Below are positions 39,004 to 50,188 of a stretch of 57,431 bases of DNA, one piece after another. Position 1 is the first letter of the stretch, and each line of letters starts with the position of its first letter. Made by a program: the position numbers and the translations under genes. The stretch spans positions 1 to 57,431 of the forward strand of contig JACRBE010000016.1 in the NCBI GenBank assembly GCA_016213235.1, written 5' to 3'. Source of the DNA: Chlamydiales bacterium (GTDB lineage: Bacteria; Chlamydiota; Chlamydiia; Chlamydiales; JACRBE01). The notes below the pieces were generated by a model. That model did not search any database. It had not been told where the DNA came from and saw only the letters and a list, made by a program, of their open reading frames with translations.

Positions 39004-39399
39004 TCATGTGTAGCAGTTAATTAATGCTGTTGCAACGTTTGCTACCTGTATATTTTGATGAGAGACTAGTTTTTTTGCTTCTTGTGTTGCTATATCTTTA
39101 TATCCTAATAAATACATTGCTTTGATTCTATTAATGATCGTTGGTAAATGTTCAGGATCGAATTTTAGTGCTTTTTCAAAACAATTTAGTGCATTGATAT
39201 TATTACCAACTTGTAAATAAATTGCTCCGAGTGTTTGTAAATCGTAAATGCTTTGAGAATTTAACACGACAAGCGCTTCAAAAATGGATAGGGCGATATT
39301 ATATTTTCCATCTTTTGCATAATTGTATCCTACAAACCGTAAATCTTCGAGTTGTGTTGTTTTCCATCCAAGAACTTGTTTCCAATCAATTTTTGCCAT
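39004..39399 (-). CDS. TPR protein, SycD/LcrH-like type III secretion chaperone (CT274-like)
   Basis: LGW....LEDLRFVGYNY...GKY..A..IFEAL.VL and YDLQTLGAIYLQ; adjacent to dnaA as in Chlamydia. Confidence 0.8.
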   Translation of the reverse strand: MAKIDWKQVLGWKTTQLEDLRFVGYNYAKDGKYNIALSIFEALVVLNSQSIYDLQTLGAIYLQVGNNINALNCFEKALKFDPEHLPTIINRIKAMYLLGYKDIATQEAKKLVSHQNIQVANVATALINCYT

Positions 39400-39401
39400 A
39401 A

Positions 39402-40010
39402 TTAACCTTTTTGGTATTGTTTACGCTTTTGATTCACTTCATTTAATACCTTATCAAGATTCATCATCAGCTCGAGTAATTTTTTTAAAATTTCTGCCTC
39501 TCTTTGCGTAGTTAATAGATCTCCGATAATTAAATTCGCCTCAGCAGATACCCCAACTTGAGGAGCAGTTACTCCTTGTAGTTGATTAAAATCTATTAAG
39601 GCTTGTTGGTCCGTTTGTGCTCCAGTGGCAGTTGTGGAGCTAGGTGTATCTGATGTAGGTGGTGCCGGGTGGCTAGCATAAAATTGGGATAGCTTATCAT
39701 CAATGCGCCTTAGCTGTAATTCTTGCAGTTCCTCTGTCCCTAAACTAGGAGCTACTTGATAGGTATATATTCGTTGTTGTTGAGAATCAAATCCGGGTGG
39801 TTTAGTAATACCACCCCAAGGAGCATTTCTAATATTAGTATTAAAGAGAAGATCATATTGATTATGTGAAATCGGAGTGTAGTTATCTACTTGGGCAGAA
39901 ACCATCACTTTTCTAGCTTCTTCATATCCTGCCGGTTGCCCAAGTGTTTGGCGTCTTGCATAATCGAATGAAACATCAGCCCCTAAGTTGTCTACTGTTT
40001 TATAAACCAT
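39402..40010 (-). CDS. Conserved chlamydial protein (CT273-like)
   Basis: TVDNLG, PSLGT and C-terminal KQYQKG; syntenic with CT274-like. The ORF track starts it at 40025. Confidence 0.65.
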   Translation of the reverse strand: MVYKTVDNLGADVSFDYARRQTLGQPAGYEEARKVMVSAQVDNYTPISHNQYDLLFNTNIRNAPWGGITKPPGFDSQQQRIYTYQVAPSLGTEELQELQLRRIDDKLSQFYASHPAPPTSDTPSSTTATGAQTDQQALIDFNQLQGVTAPQVGVSAEANLIIGDLLTTQREAEILKKLLELMMNLDKVLNEVNQKRKQYQKG

Positions 40011-40359
40011 GACGAATAACTCCACTGCTTATCTATACCCTTAAATATAGAAAAATAACTTTAATATCCATGATCTTATATAAATCGTAGAGGATGAGGT
40101 GGATGTAAATATAGTGGGAATGGATGGTTCTAAACACACTATAATATATGGGTCACATCCCACCAAACTTCTTTTTTTTGAAAAAAAAGATAAAAAAACA
40201 GACTAAATTGATTAATATATAAAAAAATTTTTATCATTTTTCCACTCGTTCCCACTTTTAATAATCAAAAAAATAATGTTGGTATCTCTTTTAAAGTTAA
40301 TCCAATCGGATAGCTATAACATTCGTAAAGAAAAAATTTTAAAAGAAAATATTGATGAG

Positions 40360-40408
40360 TTTCCACCTCTAGTGATAGGATGTGGAAATAGGTGGGAAAA
40401 AAAGGTAG
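40360..40408 (+). promoter_or_regulatory. Putative MraZ-binding direct repeats in the dcw promoter
   Basis: GTG(A/G)-type repeats at about 10-bp spacing (agtgatagga-tgtggaaata-ggtgggaaaa-aaaggtag), with more GTGG/CCAC copies at 40100-40255. Confidence 0.55.
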
Positions 40409-40417
40409 CTAAGATTC

Positions 40418-40945
40418 ATGAATGACTTCTTTTTTAGTGGATCAGTACATGCAAAGTTAGATGAGAAGAACAGAGTTGTTCTTCCACAATCAATGCGATA
40501 TGGCCTTATTGAAGCTGGAAAACTAGAGTTTACTGTTTGTTTAGGATTAGGCGGTTGTTTAAGTATTTATAAACAATCAGAAATAATGAAAATAGTGAAA
40601 ACATTTCAATCTAAACAACATGTGATAAAGTTTCAGAAGTTTTTCACGATGTTTTTTTCTACGCTACATACGACCACATGTGACACCATAGGAAGACTAT
40701 TAATTCCTCCAACATTGAAAAAAGCTGTCGGAATTACGGAAGATATTGTGATAGCAGGGGTATTAAATAAGATCGAAATTTGGCCAAAGGCTAAATATGA
40801 GTTTGATTTACAAAATTTTCTATCCGGTGATGAACAAAATGAAATGACAAAGCTTGCACAGGAGGCTTTTTCATTAGTGAACAATGATAACCACGTACGA
40901 ATACCAGATGAGGAGCTCGCGTTTGATGAATTTAAAGGACAATGA
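40418..40945 (+). CDS. mraZ: Transcriptional regulator MraZ
   Basis: F.GS...KLDEKNRVVLP, D.IGRLLIP and IAGVLNKIEIW. Confidence 0.92.
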   Translation: MNDFFFSGSVHAKLDEKNRVVLPQSMRYGLIEAGKLEFTVCLGLGGCLSIYKQSEIMKIVKTFQSKQHVIKFQKFFTMFFSTLHTTTCDTIGRLLIPPTLKKAVGITEDIVIAGVLNKIEIWPKAKYEFDLQNFLSGDEQNEMTKLAQEAFSLVNNDNHVRIPDEELAFDEFKGQ

Positions 40946-41854
40946 TTATCCACATGAGTCTGTGCTAGTAGAAGAGATGTTAAATGCTTTTAAAGGGTCT
41001 GCCATTAATGTTTTTTTTGAAGGAACTGTAGGGGCAGGGGGACATGCACGAGCCATATTAGAGGCTCATCCAGAAATAAAAATGTATATAGGATGCGACC
41101 AAGATGAGACAGCGCTTGCAATTGCAAAGACGCGCCTTGCCGCATGGGAAGATAAACTACACCTGATACACGGTAACTTTTCTCAGCTAAATCAGTATTT
41201 AACTGAGAGAAAAATCACTGAGGTAGACGGTTTTTTTTTGATTTAGGAGTTTCATCTATGCAATTAGACAGAGAAGAAAGAGGTTTTAGTTTTCGAAAAG
41301 AAGGTCCACTTGATATGAGAATGGACCTCTCCTCGCAGTTAACAGCAGAAGATATTGTCAATTCTTGGTCAGAAAAAGAACTTGGCACTTGCATAAGAGA
41401 ATATGGGGAAGAACCATTTTGGAGAAAAATTGCAAAAGCAATTGTAGAAGCAAGACGACATGGTAAAATCAAGACAACCTCGCAGCTGGCAGAAATTGTT
41501 TTAAACACAATCTCCTCTACTAAAAAAACACACCCTGCAACACTGGTGTTTCAGGCTCTTAGAATTTGTGTTAACAGAGAGCTTGAGCATTTAGAAGATG
41601 CTCTCAAACAAGCGATTTCTCTGTTATCTAAAGGTGGAAAAATTGGTGTGATCAGCTTTCATAGTTTAGAGGATAGAATTGTAAAACAAATATTCAAAGC
41701 TGCTTCAGAGCCAATCAGAGATTTACGAGGTAAAAAGATAGGGGAGCCACAATTGAGGCTTCTAACAAAAAAACCAATCATTCCTCAATTTAGAGAAATT
41801 CGAGCAAATAGAAGAGCACGAAGTGCAAAAATGCGCTTTGTAGAGAGGGTATGA
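40926..41854 (+). CDS. rsmH: 16S rRNA m4C1402 methyltransferase RsmH, split by a frameshift at a T9 run (41231-41239)
   Basis: HESVLVEE..GTVGAGGHA..VDGFF is in one frame; DLGVSSMQLD..RGFSF..GPLDMRMD..ISFHSLEDRIVK is in the -1 frame. Confidence 0.95.
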
Positions 41855-42204
41855 AAAGAGAAATAGCAATTAAATTTTTCATCTGTTTTTTTACATTAAG
41901 TTTATGTTTGTATTCCTATTTGGAAGCACAGAACCAAATGACAAAATTAAGGCTTGAAATACCAAAACTGGCAAAAGAACTAAGAAATATCCAAGAGGAA
42001 AATTTACAATTAAAATATGAAATAGAGAGCTTTGAAAGCCCAGAGCATCTGATTGCTCTTGCAAAAAGTGATCAATATAGTCATTTAAAGTTTCCTCAGA
42101 CCCAAGATGTATTAACGCTAGCTGAAGGGAAAGATTTGTGTCAGGAACCTACAGTTTTAATAAGAACAGCGGCATATCCAAATGTAGTGCTTGGAGCAAA
42201 GTGA
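41851..42204 (+). CDS. ftsL: FtsL-like cell division protein
   Basis: N-terminal TM plus coiled coil, between rsmH and ftsI. Confidence 0.75.
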   Translation: MKREIAIKFFICFFTLSLCLYSYLEAQNQMTKLRLEIPKLAKELRNIQEENLQLKYEIESFESPEHLIALAKSDQYSHLKFPQTQDVLTLAEGKDLCQEPTVLIRTAAYPNVVLGAK

Positions 42205-44200
42205 TATGCAAAAGCAAAGACGTGGCTTAATAAATAAGCATACGCGTTTGCTTATTGTTGCTCTTTGCCTTATCTTTTTCTTTTCTCTCTTAATTATTCA
42301 GTTTTTTTATTTACAGATTATACAAGAAGAAAAATGGACCAAATATGCTAAGCTGCAGCATGAAAGCATTGTTGTAGAGCCAGCAAAACGAGGTGTATTT
42401 TTCTCTAATGTAAAAATTAGAGAAAATCATCCTGAAGAGGACGTTGCTTTTGTTATTGATGTACCTAAATATCATTTGTTTATTGACCCTTTAGTAATAC
42501 CTGCAGAACATAAGGAGATCGTTGCTGATAAAATTGTAGCGCTCCTTCCTACAAAATATCTTGATATCGAAAAAGTAAGAGAAGAGTGCTTTAAAAAAAG
42601 TAGATCGAGAAAAGTCACCAGCTGGATTGAAAAAGATGAAAAAGTAGAATTAGATCATTGGTGGAATAATTTTGCCAAAGCAAATAAAATTCCTACGAAT
42701 GCTATCTATTATATCAAAGATTATCAACGCTCTTATCCTTTTGGGAAGTTACTAGGCCAAGTATTACATACTGTTAGGGAAGAAAAAGATCCTATTACAA
42801 ATGCAGAGTACCCCACAGGGGGGCTTGAGCTTTATTTTAATCATTATCTGAAAGGGAAAGCTGGAAAAAAGATAATAGAAAGATCTCTAAAACATGTCCT
42901 GGACACAGACCATGTGATCGATACTCCAAAAGATGGTAATGATATTTATCTAACAATCAACCATCACTTGCAAGCAATTGCAGAAGAAGAAATAGAAAAA
43001 GGAGTGAATAAGGTAGGAGCGAAGGGTGGTTTTGCTGTAATGATGGACCCTTATAGTGGGGAAATCTATGCAATGGCCCAATATCCGTTCTTTGAGCCCA
43101 TGAACTATAGGAAGTATTACAATGATACGGAGTTATTAGAATATACGAAAATTAAAGCCATATCAGATAGTTTTGAACCAGGATCTACATTCAAGGGATT
43201 GACTGCAGTTATTGGGCTAGTAGCAAATGATATATTAAAAAAACAACATAAGAAGCCGTTATTTGATCCAGAGGAGATGCTTCCCACCGGTGATGGTACT
43301 TTCCCTGGTAGAGGACCTTTAAAAGATACTCGATTTCATGCTTATTTAAATATGGATCTTGCGATACAAAAGTCTTCTAATATTTATGTGGCAAGATTAG
43401 CTGATAAAGTTATTAAAATGTTTGGAGAGAAATGGTATCGCAACCAACTAGTAGAGATTTTTGGTATAGGGACTGCTACTAATGTGGAGTTGCCCTATGA
43501 AAACAGTGGATTATTACCAACTCCTGGGCTAAAGTATCCAAATGGACAACTACAATGGTCTGTACCCACACCGTATTCTCTTGCTATGGGATATAACGTG
43601 ATGGTTAACAGTATACAAATGCTAAGGGCTATTTCTGTACTTGCAAATGGCGGATATTTGATATCTCCTCATCTAGTAAAAAAAATCGTAGACAAAGAAT
43701 TAAACAAGATAGTGTATGAAACAAAGATAAATAAGAAAAAAGTGCTTGATAAGGCGATTGTGGATCGAATAGTAAGGGCAATGAAGTTTGTAACAAAGCC
43801 AGGCGGAGGAGCTCCTTTAGCAGATATATATGGATATACAGAAGCTGGAAAAACAGGTACTGCCGAAAAAATTATTCATGGGAGCTATTCAAAAAGTATA
43901 AATTTCTCTACTTTTATAGGTTTTGCTCCAGTAACAAATCCGAGGTTCATTTTAATTGCTTGTGTAGATGAACCGGAAGTGAAATTTATTGATGGTATTG
44001 GCATGACACAGTTTGGTGGAAAATGTGCAGCACCTATTTTTAGAGAAATAGCTAGAAAAACTCTAGAGTATTTGGGAGTCCCATACGATGATCCTTTTGG
44101 TTTTCCAAAAGGAGATCCAAGGTCAGATTCAAGCAAGGCTGATTGGATAAAAGAAACAAGTGAATTGACAGATAGATACAATACATGGAATGAGCAGTGA
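42191..44200 (+). CDS. ftsI: Penicillin-binding protein 3
   Basis: EPGSTFK (SxxK), KSSN (SxN) and GKTGT (KTG); RSYPFG; dcw context. Confidence 0.93.
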   Translation: MEQSDMQKQRRGLINKHTRLLIVALCLIFFFSLLIIQFFYLQIIQEEKWTKYAKLQHESIVVEPAKRGVFFSNVKIRENHPEEDVAFVIDVPKYHLFIDPLVIPAEHKEIVADKIVALLPTKYLDIEKVREECFKKSRSRKVTSWIEKDEKVELDHWWNNFAKANKIPTNAIYYIKDYQRSYPFGKLLGQVLHTVREEKDPITNAEYPTGGLELYFNHYLKGKAGKKIIERSLKHVLDTDHVIDTPKDGNDIYLTINHHLQAIAEEEIEKGVNKVGAKGGFAVMMDPYSGEIYAMAQYPFFEPMNYRKYYNDTELLEYTKIKAISDSFEPGSTFKGLTAVIGLVANDILKKQHKKPLFDPEEMLPTGDGTFPGRGPLKDTRFHAYLNMDLAIQKSSNIYVARLADKVIKMFGEKWYRNQLVEIFGIGTATNVELPYENSGLLPTPGLKYPNGQLQWSVPTPYSLAMGYNVMVNSIQMLRAISVLANGGYLISPHLVKKIVDKELNKIVYETKINKKKVLDKAIVDRIVRAMKFVTKPGGGAPLADIYGYTEAGKTGTAEKIIHGSYSKSINFSTFIGFAPVTNPRFILIACVDEPEVKFIDGIGMTQFGGKCAAPIFREIARKTLEYLGVPYDDPFGFPKGDPRSDSSKADWIKETSELTDRYNTWNEQ

Positions 44201-45681
44201 AATTAAAAAACTTGATTAAAGATCTACCAATCATCGAAATAAGGGGTTCTCAATCTATAACCATTCATGGTATTTGCTGTAATTCTAAGCAGGTAAAGCC
44301 AGGAGACTTATTCATAGCCAAGAGGGGTAGTAGCTATGATGGATCGGAATTTATCCCCAGTGCAGTGCTAGCCGGTGCAGTAGCTGTTATAACCGATATG
44401 TATAATCCATTTTATGACAACATTGTACAAGTTGTTGTACAAGATGTAGCTGCAATAGAGCCAACATTAGCTGCTAGATTTTATAAAAATCCTTCTAAAT
44501 CCTTGTTTACAATTGGTATTACGGGAACTAGTGGGAAGACAACAACGACTTATTTATGTAAACGATTAATGGAAGGACAATATGGCCTATGTGGATTGAT
44601 AGGCACTATAGGCACCATTATTAATGAACATATTCTTCCAGCGACACTGACTACACCAGATGCTGTAACGCTGCAAAACCTATTATATGAGATGGTTAAT
44701 AATAACTGTAAAAATGTTGTAATGGAAGTATCTTCTCATGCGCTTGATCAAAATCGGGTAAATGAAATTGATTTTGATGTATGTGTATTTACTAACTTAT
44801 CACAAGACCATCTTGACTATCATCATACGATGGAACATTATGCCATAGCCAAGACAAAATTATTCGATAAACAAGTTTTTTCACTTGGTAAGAGCTTTAA
44901 GAAATATGCAGTGATTAATTTAGATGATGCCTTAGCACCATTGATGCTACAGCATTGCCACGCACAGGTACTTACTTATGGTATAGCGACTAAAGCAGAT
45001 GTTACAGTAAAAGAATTAAAACTTTTTCCCACACATTCGGAATTTGTCTTATTGTATAAAGGGGAAGAGGTTTTTATTAAAACATCGCTTATCGGTAGAT
45101 TTAATGTGTATAATTTGCTTGCAGCAGCAACGGTTAGCATTGCAAGAGGAATGAAGATGGCTCAAATAGGAAATATTTTATCTACTCCTATTTATATTCC
45201 GGGGAGGATGCAAGTAGTGGATAATGCTCTTGGTATTGATATTTATGTTGATTATTCTCATAAGCCGGGAGGATTAAAAAATGTGCTGGAAACAACAAGA
45301 GAAATAAAAAAAGGCAAACTGATTTTAGTATTTGGTTGTGGGGGTAATCGAGATAAGTCCAAGCGAAATATCATGATGCAAATAGCAAAAGAATATGCAG
45401 ATGAGATTATTGTAACTACGGATAATCCAAGACTAGAAGATCCAAAAGAGATTATTCGTCAAATGATAGAGGGAATTAATTTGAGTAATGTATCCATTGA
45501 AATGGATCGTAAAAAAGCAATTGAACTTGCAATAATGAGGGCTCAAAAAAATGATATGATCTTAATTGCAGGCAAAGGACATGAACGGGAGCAAATCTTC
45601 CAAAATATCAGGATTGAATTTGATGATGTTTTTGTTGCAAAGCATTTATGTGAGGATCTACAACAGCGGTTATTGATTTAA
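44197..45681 (+). CDS. murE: UDP-MurNAc-L-Ala-D-Glu--meso-DAP ligase
   Basis: GITGTSGKTTT, MEVSSHAL, FTNLSQDHLDYH, DNPR and AGKGHE. Confidence 0.97.
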   Translation: MKLKNLIKDLPIIEIRGSQSITIHGICCNSKQVKPGDLFIAKRGSSYDGSEFIPSAVLAGAVAVITDMYNPFYDNIVQVVVQDVAAIEPTLAARFYKNPSKSLFTIGITGTSGKTTTTYLCKRLMEGQYGLCGLIGTIGTIINEHILPATLTTPDAVTLQNLLYEMVNNNCKNVVMEVSSHALDQNRVNEIDFDVCVFTNLSQDHLDYHHTMEHYAIAKTKLFDKQVFSLGKSFKKYAVINLDDALAPLMLQHCHAQVLTYGIATKADVTVKELKLFPTHSEFVLLYKGEEVFIKTSLIGRFNVYNLLAAATVSIARGMKMAQIGNILSTPIYIPGRMQVVDNALGIDIYVDYSHKPGGLKNVLETTREIKKGKLILVFGCGGNRDKSKRNIMMQIAKEYADEIIVTTDNPRLEDPKEIIRQMIEGINLSNVSIEMDRKKAIELAIMRAQKNDMILIAGKGHEREQIFQNIRIEFDDVFVAKHLCEDLQQRLLI

Positions 45682-45682
45682 A

Positions 45683-46390
45683 ATGAGAAAATGGACGAAT
45701 TTTTTTTGCACTGCTCTCCTCTTGTTATTTGTAGGGTGCTCTCATGTCTCGCAAAATGATACAATGGCAGAGTATCAGATTTCCAGGTCGAAAAAAGCAA
45801 AGACAAGTATTCCAAATCCAAAAAAACAACAATGTTCGATAGTAATTGATCCGGGTCATGGTGCTTTTGATTTTGGTACTCACTCTAAAGTGTGTTGTGA
45901 AAAAAATGCGAACCTTACTACAGCTTTGCTGTTAGAAAAATATTTGTATGAACTGGGATACCGAGTTACTCTAACGCGCTATGATGATACCTTTGTCACG
46001 CTAAAAGATAGAGCAAAATTTGCTAACATGAGCAACGCATCACTTTTTGTGAGTGTGCATTATAATGCTGCAAAAAACACCTCTGCACATGGCATAGAGG
46101 TCTATTACTATCCTGATAGCCAGGATAAAAATAGAGTAGCAAAATCAAAATGTTTAGCGCAGTATGTTCTAGCAAAAATGTTAGCAATCACAGGGGCAAC
46201 TTCTAGAGGAATAAAACCAGGAAATTTTGGGGTTATTCGTGAAACCCAAATGCCTGCTATCTTGGTGGAAGGGGGATTTATTACAAATCCTAAAGAAGCA
46301 AAGTTGCTCGGAGATAGAAAATACTTGGATAAACTTGCATTTGCAATATCAGAAGGAATTGATCGATTTATAATGGAAGATAGGCTTTAA
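45683..46390 (+). CDS. amiA: N-acetylmuramoyl-L-alanine amidase (Amidase_3)
   Basis: IDPGHG, EK, FVSVHYNA and PAILVEGGF; lipoprotein-like N-terminus. Confidence 0.92.
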   Translation: MRKWTNFFCTALLLLFVGCSHVSQNDTMAEYQISRSKKAKTSIPNPKKQQCSIVIDPGHGAFDFGTHSKVCCEKNANLTTALLLEKYLYELGYRVTLTRYDDTFVTLKDRAKFANMSNASLFVSVHYNAAKNTSAHGIEVYYYPDSQDKNRVAKSKCLAQYVLAKMLAITGATSRGIKPGNFGVIRETQMPAILVEGGFITNPKEAKLLGDRKYLDKLAFAISEGIDRFIMEDRL

Positions 46391-46415
46391 TCAACAAGGA
46401 AAAGGAAGTAGTTAT

Positions 46416-47867
46416 ATGGCTTTAGCAGACATCGCAGTTATTGGACTCGCTGTAATGGGTCAGAATTTAATATTGAACATGAATGACCATGGGTTTACTG
46501 TTGTTGCTTATAATCGCACCGTCTCTAAAGTAGATGATTTTTTAAAAGGTCCTGCAAAAGGATCAAAAATTATTCCTGCTAGCTCTATCGAAGATATGAT
46601 GAAGAAGTTAAAAAAGCCTAGTAAGATTATGTGCATGGTAAAAGCAGGAGATGCTGTCGATGAACTTATCCAAGAATGCCTTCCCTATTTACAGCCAGGC
46701 GATATTTTCATTGATGGTGGAAATAGCCATTACCCTGATAGTGAAAGAAGATGTAAATTTTTGAAAGAAAAAGGCGTTTTATTTATTGGTACAGGGATTT
46801 CTGGAGGAGAAGAGGGGGCAAGACATGGTCCTTCTATCATGCCAGGAGGTAATGAAGAGGCATGGACAAGTGTAAAACCTATTTTCCAGGGAATTGCAGC
46901 AAAAAGCGATGATAATCAACCTTGCTGTGACTGGGTAGGAGATGGTGGTGCTGGTCATTATGTTAAAATGGTACATAACGGCATTGAATATGGGGACATG
47001 CAAATTATTTGTGAGGCATATCATTTATTATCAAAAGTACTTAAATGCTCTAATCAGGAAATCAGTGATATTTTTGCAAAATGGAATAAAGGGAAACTAG
47101 ATAGTTATCTCGTGGAGATCACAAGTGCAATTTTTAAGTATAAAGACAAAGATGGCAGCTATCTCGTCGATAAAATACTAGATACAGCAGGACAAAAAGG
47201 AACAGGGAAATGGACCGGAATTAACGCGCTTGATCTTGGTATGCCGGTGACGCTGATTGGAGAGGCTGTATTTGCAAGATGTTTATCTGCAATTAAAGAA
47301 GAGAGAGTAGCTCTTGCGAAGCATTATTCCGATCCATCGTTTACATTTGGTGGTAATAAAGAAGAGATAATTAATGCCATCCAAGATGCTCTATATGCTT
47401 CAAAAATCATTAGCTATACCCAGGGGTTTATGTTAATGAAAGCTGCTGCAAAAGAGATGCATTGGCAACTAAATTATGGCTCTATTGCGCTTATGTGGAG
47501 AGGTGGGTGTATCATTCGTTCTAAATTCTTGGGGAAAATCAAAGGGGCTTATGATAAAAATCCTATCTTGCAAAATCTTCTTTTTGATGACTTCTTCAAA
47601 GAAGAGATAAATAGCAGCGTCAAAGGATGGAGAAAAGTGGTTGCAATGGCAGCTGAGGCCGGTATTCCTGTTCCTTGTTTTGCAACATCACTATCATTCT
47701 TTGATGGAATTCGTTGCGGTAGATTACCTGCAAACCTGCTCCAGGCGCAGCGTGATTATTTTGGAGCTCATACATATGAGCGTACAGATAGACCACGTGG
47801 TGAATTTTTTCATACCAATTGGACAGGCACCGGTGGTAATGTGAGTTCTTCTTCCTATAACATATAA
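46416..47867 (+). CDS. gnd: 6-phosphogluconate dehydrogenase (NADP+, decarboxylating)
   Basis: IGLAVMGQNL, GHYVKMVHNGIEYGDMQ and QAQRDYFGAHTY. Confidence 0.98.
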   Translation: MALADIAVIGLAVMGQNLILNMNDHGFTVVAYNRTVSKVDDFLKGPAKGSKIIPASSIEDMMKKLKKPSKIMCMVKAGDAVDELIQECLPYLQPGDIFIDGGNSHYPDSERRCKFLKEKGVLFIGTGISGGEEGARHGPSIMPGGNEEAWTSVKPIFQGIAAKSDDNQPCCDWVGDGGAGHYVKMVHNGIEYGDMQIICEAYHLLSKVLKCSNQEISDIFAKWNKGKLDSYLVEITSAIFKYKDKDGSYLVDKILDTAGQKGTGKWTGINALDLGMPVTLIGEAVFARCLSAIKEERVALAKHYSDPSFTFGGNKEEIINAIQDALYASKIISYTQGFMLMKAAAKEMHWQLNYGSIALMWRGGCIIRSKFLGKIKGAYDKNPILQNLLFDDFFKEEINSSVKGWRKVVAMAAEAGIPVPCFATSLSFFDGIRCGRLPANLLQAQRDYFGAHTYERTDRPRGEFFHTNWTGTGGNVSSSSYNI

Positions 47868-47942
47868 GTGGCCCATTCAACCGCGAAGTGCTCCCTGGTC
47901 TCTCAGGAAGCCCCTAGATCTTTAGTCTAGAGGAGGCTTCAC
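47868..47942 (+). mobile_element. IS200/IS605-family right-end-like hairpin relic
   Basis: caggaagcccctaga-tcttta-gtctagaggaggcttcac resembles the GAAGCCCC..TTTAG..GGAG..TCAC ends of tnpB elements. It may double as the gnd terminator. Confidence 0.5.
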
Positions 47943-48231
47943 TTGGATTCCTGGAAAGTCTTCTTCCTTGCTTGTGATCGAAGAGATTTGATAGGACTAA
48001 TAATTGTAGTATTAAAAAGGTTTATAGCTGAATGACTTACAATCTGCATAGGAAGTAAGGTATTGGAAACTAGTATGATAGGCATAGATAATAAGAAATT
48101 GTTTTCCATATAAACTTGTTATTATTAGTTGTTTTATATGTTTATTATACGCTTTTTTTGATAAAAAATAAAGTAGTATTCCAGACGTTTATATGTATTT
48201 AAATATCAAACTGATATCAAAAACTAAAAGA

Positions 48232-50046
48232 CTATTCTTCCTCTGTTTTTAATATCTCAATAAATGCAGACTGAGGGATCTGTACCTTGCCAAATTCCTT
48301 CATTTTCTTCTTCCCCTCTTTTTGCTTTTCCCACAGTTTTCTCTTACGGGTAATATCACCCCCATAGCATTTGGCTGTGACGTTTTTAGTAAGGGCAGAG
48401 ATTGTCTCTCTGGCAATAACCTTCCCTCCAATGGCTGCCTGGATAGGTACTTTAAATTGCTGTCTTGGAATGACATCCAGTAGTTTTTTGCACATTATAC
48501 GTCCTTTAGATTCTGCTTTAGATCTGTGCACCAGGCAAGAAAAGGCATCTACAGGCTCCTCATTTACCTTGATTTCCAGTTTAATAATATCACCCTTTTC
48601 GTAGCCGCTAGCTTCATAATCATATGAAGCATATCCCTGGGTGACTGATTTTAATTTATCATTAAAATCAGTAATGACCTCATTTAGGGGAAAGCTATAG
48701 GTAAGCATAAGTCTTGTACCATCAATAGTGTCTGTATGCAGTAAAATACCACGCTTTTCACTAGCTAAATGCATGATGGCACCAAGATATTCAGAGGGGG
48801 CTAAAATATGAGATTTTACCCATGGCTCTTCAATATATTTAATAGAGGATGGATCAGGAAAATGTGTCGGATTGTCTACCCATATTTCTTTATCGCCATT
48901 TAATAGAACCTTATACTGCACGCTTGGCGCTGTCGTAATAATAGAAAGATCAAATTCTCTTTGTAGTCTTTCAAATACGATCTCTAGATGAAGTAATCCT
49001 AAGAAACCACAGCGGAAACCTGTTCCAAGGACAAGGCTACTTTCTTGTTCTACAAATAGGGAAGAATCATTCAGTCTTAGCTTTTTAAAGGCATCTTTTA
49101 GAGCTTCAAAATCAGAAGCATCTACAGGATAAATACCTGCAAATACTACAGGAGCGATTTCTTTAAAACCATCTAGCGGTTTATCAACAGGGTGTTTTGC
49201 ATCGGTAAGAGTGTCTCCAATTTTAACATCACTAGGATCTTTGATATTGGCAATAATGTACCCTACATCACCCGCTTGGAGGCAATCAACCGGTTTTTCC
49301 TGAGGACAAAAAACACCTACTTCGATGACTTCAAATTCTTTTTTTGTTGCCATGAAAGCAATAAGCGATCGCTTTTTTACTTCTCCACTCATAATTCGTA
49401 CATAAGCTACACCGCCGCGATAAGTATCATAGTGACAATCAAAAACAAGTGCTTGTAGTTTATCCATATCAGGAGGTTTGGGAGAAGGAAGCATAAAGAT
49501 GATCTCTTCCAATATCTCATGGATACCAATACCTGTTTTAGCAGAGCAGAGTATTGCCCTTGAAGCATTAATACCGGTTAATTCCTGGATTTGTTTCTTT
49601 ACACTCTCCGGATCTGCAGCGGGAAGGTCAATTTTATTAATTACAGGGATAATTTCTAACTTTCTTTGTTTTGCAAGATGTAAATTGGCGAGTGTCTGAG
49701 CTTGTACTCCTTGCACTGCATCTACCACAAGCAGAGCGCCTTCACAAGCAGCAAGTGATCTAGATACTTCATAGGTAAAGTCGACATGTCCCGGAGTATC
49801 AATAAAATTGATCGTATATTCCATACCATCGTCTGCTTTATATTTCATGGTCACAGGGTGTGCCTTAATGGTAATGCCTCTCTCTCTTTCCAGATCCATA
49901 TCATCTAAGACCTGCTCTTGCATTTCTCTTGCACTAATGGTATTCGTGCATTCGAGCAACCTATCAGAAATGGTCGATTTGCCATGATCAATATGGGCAA
50001 TAATGGAGAAATTTCTAATTTTTGTAATGTCGTGGGTGTTATCCAT
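48232..50046 (-). CDS. lepA: Elongation factor 4
   Basis: [35 protein letters not shown] and [13 protein letters not shown]. Confidence 0.98.
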   Translation of the reverse strand: MDNTHDITKIRNFSIIAHIDHGKSTISDRLLECTNTISAREMQEQVLDDMDLERERGITIKAHPVTMKYKADDGMEYTINFIDTPGHVDFTYEVSRSLAACEGALLVVDAVQGVQAQTLANLHLAKQRKLEIIPVINKIDLPAADPESVKKQIQELTGINASRAILCSAKTGIGIHEILEEIIFMLPSPKPPDMDKLQALVFDCHYDTYRGGVAYVRIMSGEVKKRSLIAFMATKKEFEVIEVGVFCPQEKPVDCLQAGDVGYIIANIKDPSDVKIGDTLTDAKHPVDKPLDGFKEIAPVVFAGIYPVDASDFEALKDAFKKLRLNDSSLFVEQESSLVLGTGFRCGFLGLLHLEIVFERLQREFDLSIITTAPSVQYKVLLNGDKEIWVDNPTHFPDPSSIKYIEEPWVKSHILAPSEYLGAIMHLASEKRGILLHTDTIDGTRLMLTYSFPLNEVITDFNDKLKSVTQGYASYDYEASGYEKGDIIKLEIKVNEEPVDAFSCLVHRSKAESKGRIMCKKLLDVIPRQQFKVPIQAAIGGKVIARETISALTKNVTAKCYGGDITRKRKLWEKQKEGKKKMKEFGKVQIPQSAFIEILKTEEE

Positions 50047-50124
50047 ATGTACTATATTGTAAGTTGAAGAAGATAATTTTAAAGCTTTGTCGATTAAGAA
50101 AGAATAAAAAACCTGTCATAGGCT

Positions 50125-50166
50125 GAAAAATAAAAAACCCTCTTATTAAAAGAGGGTTTTTATTTC
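50125..50166 (-). terminator. Intrinsic terminator after the nucleotide transporter gene
   Basis: aaaaaccctctt-attaa-aagagggttttt. Confidence 0.85.
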
Positions 50167-50188
50167 TGCAAGAATACTTTAATTCTCG

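Noticed and set aside
40946..40954. Perfect DnaA box TTATCCACA
   Set aside because: It is an isolated copy inside the rsmH coding sequence (DYPH) and is compatible with chance.
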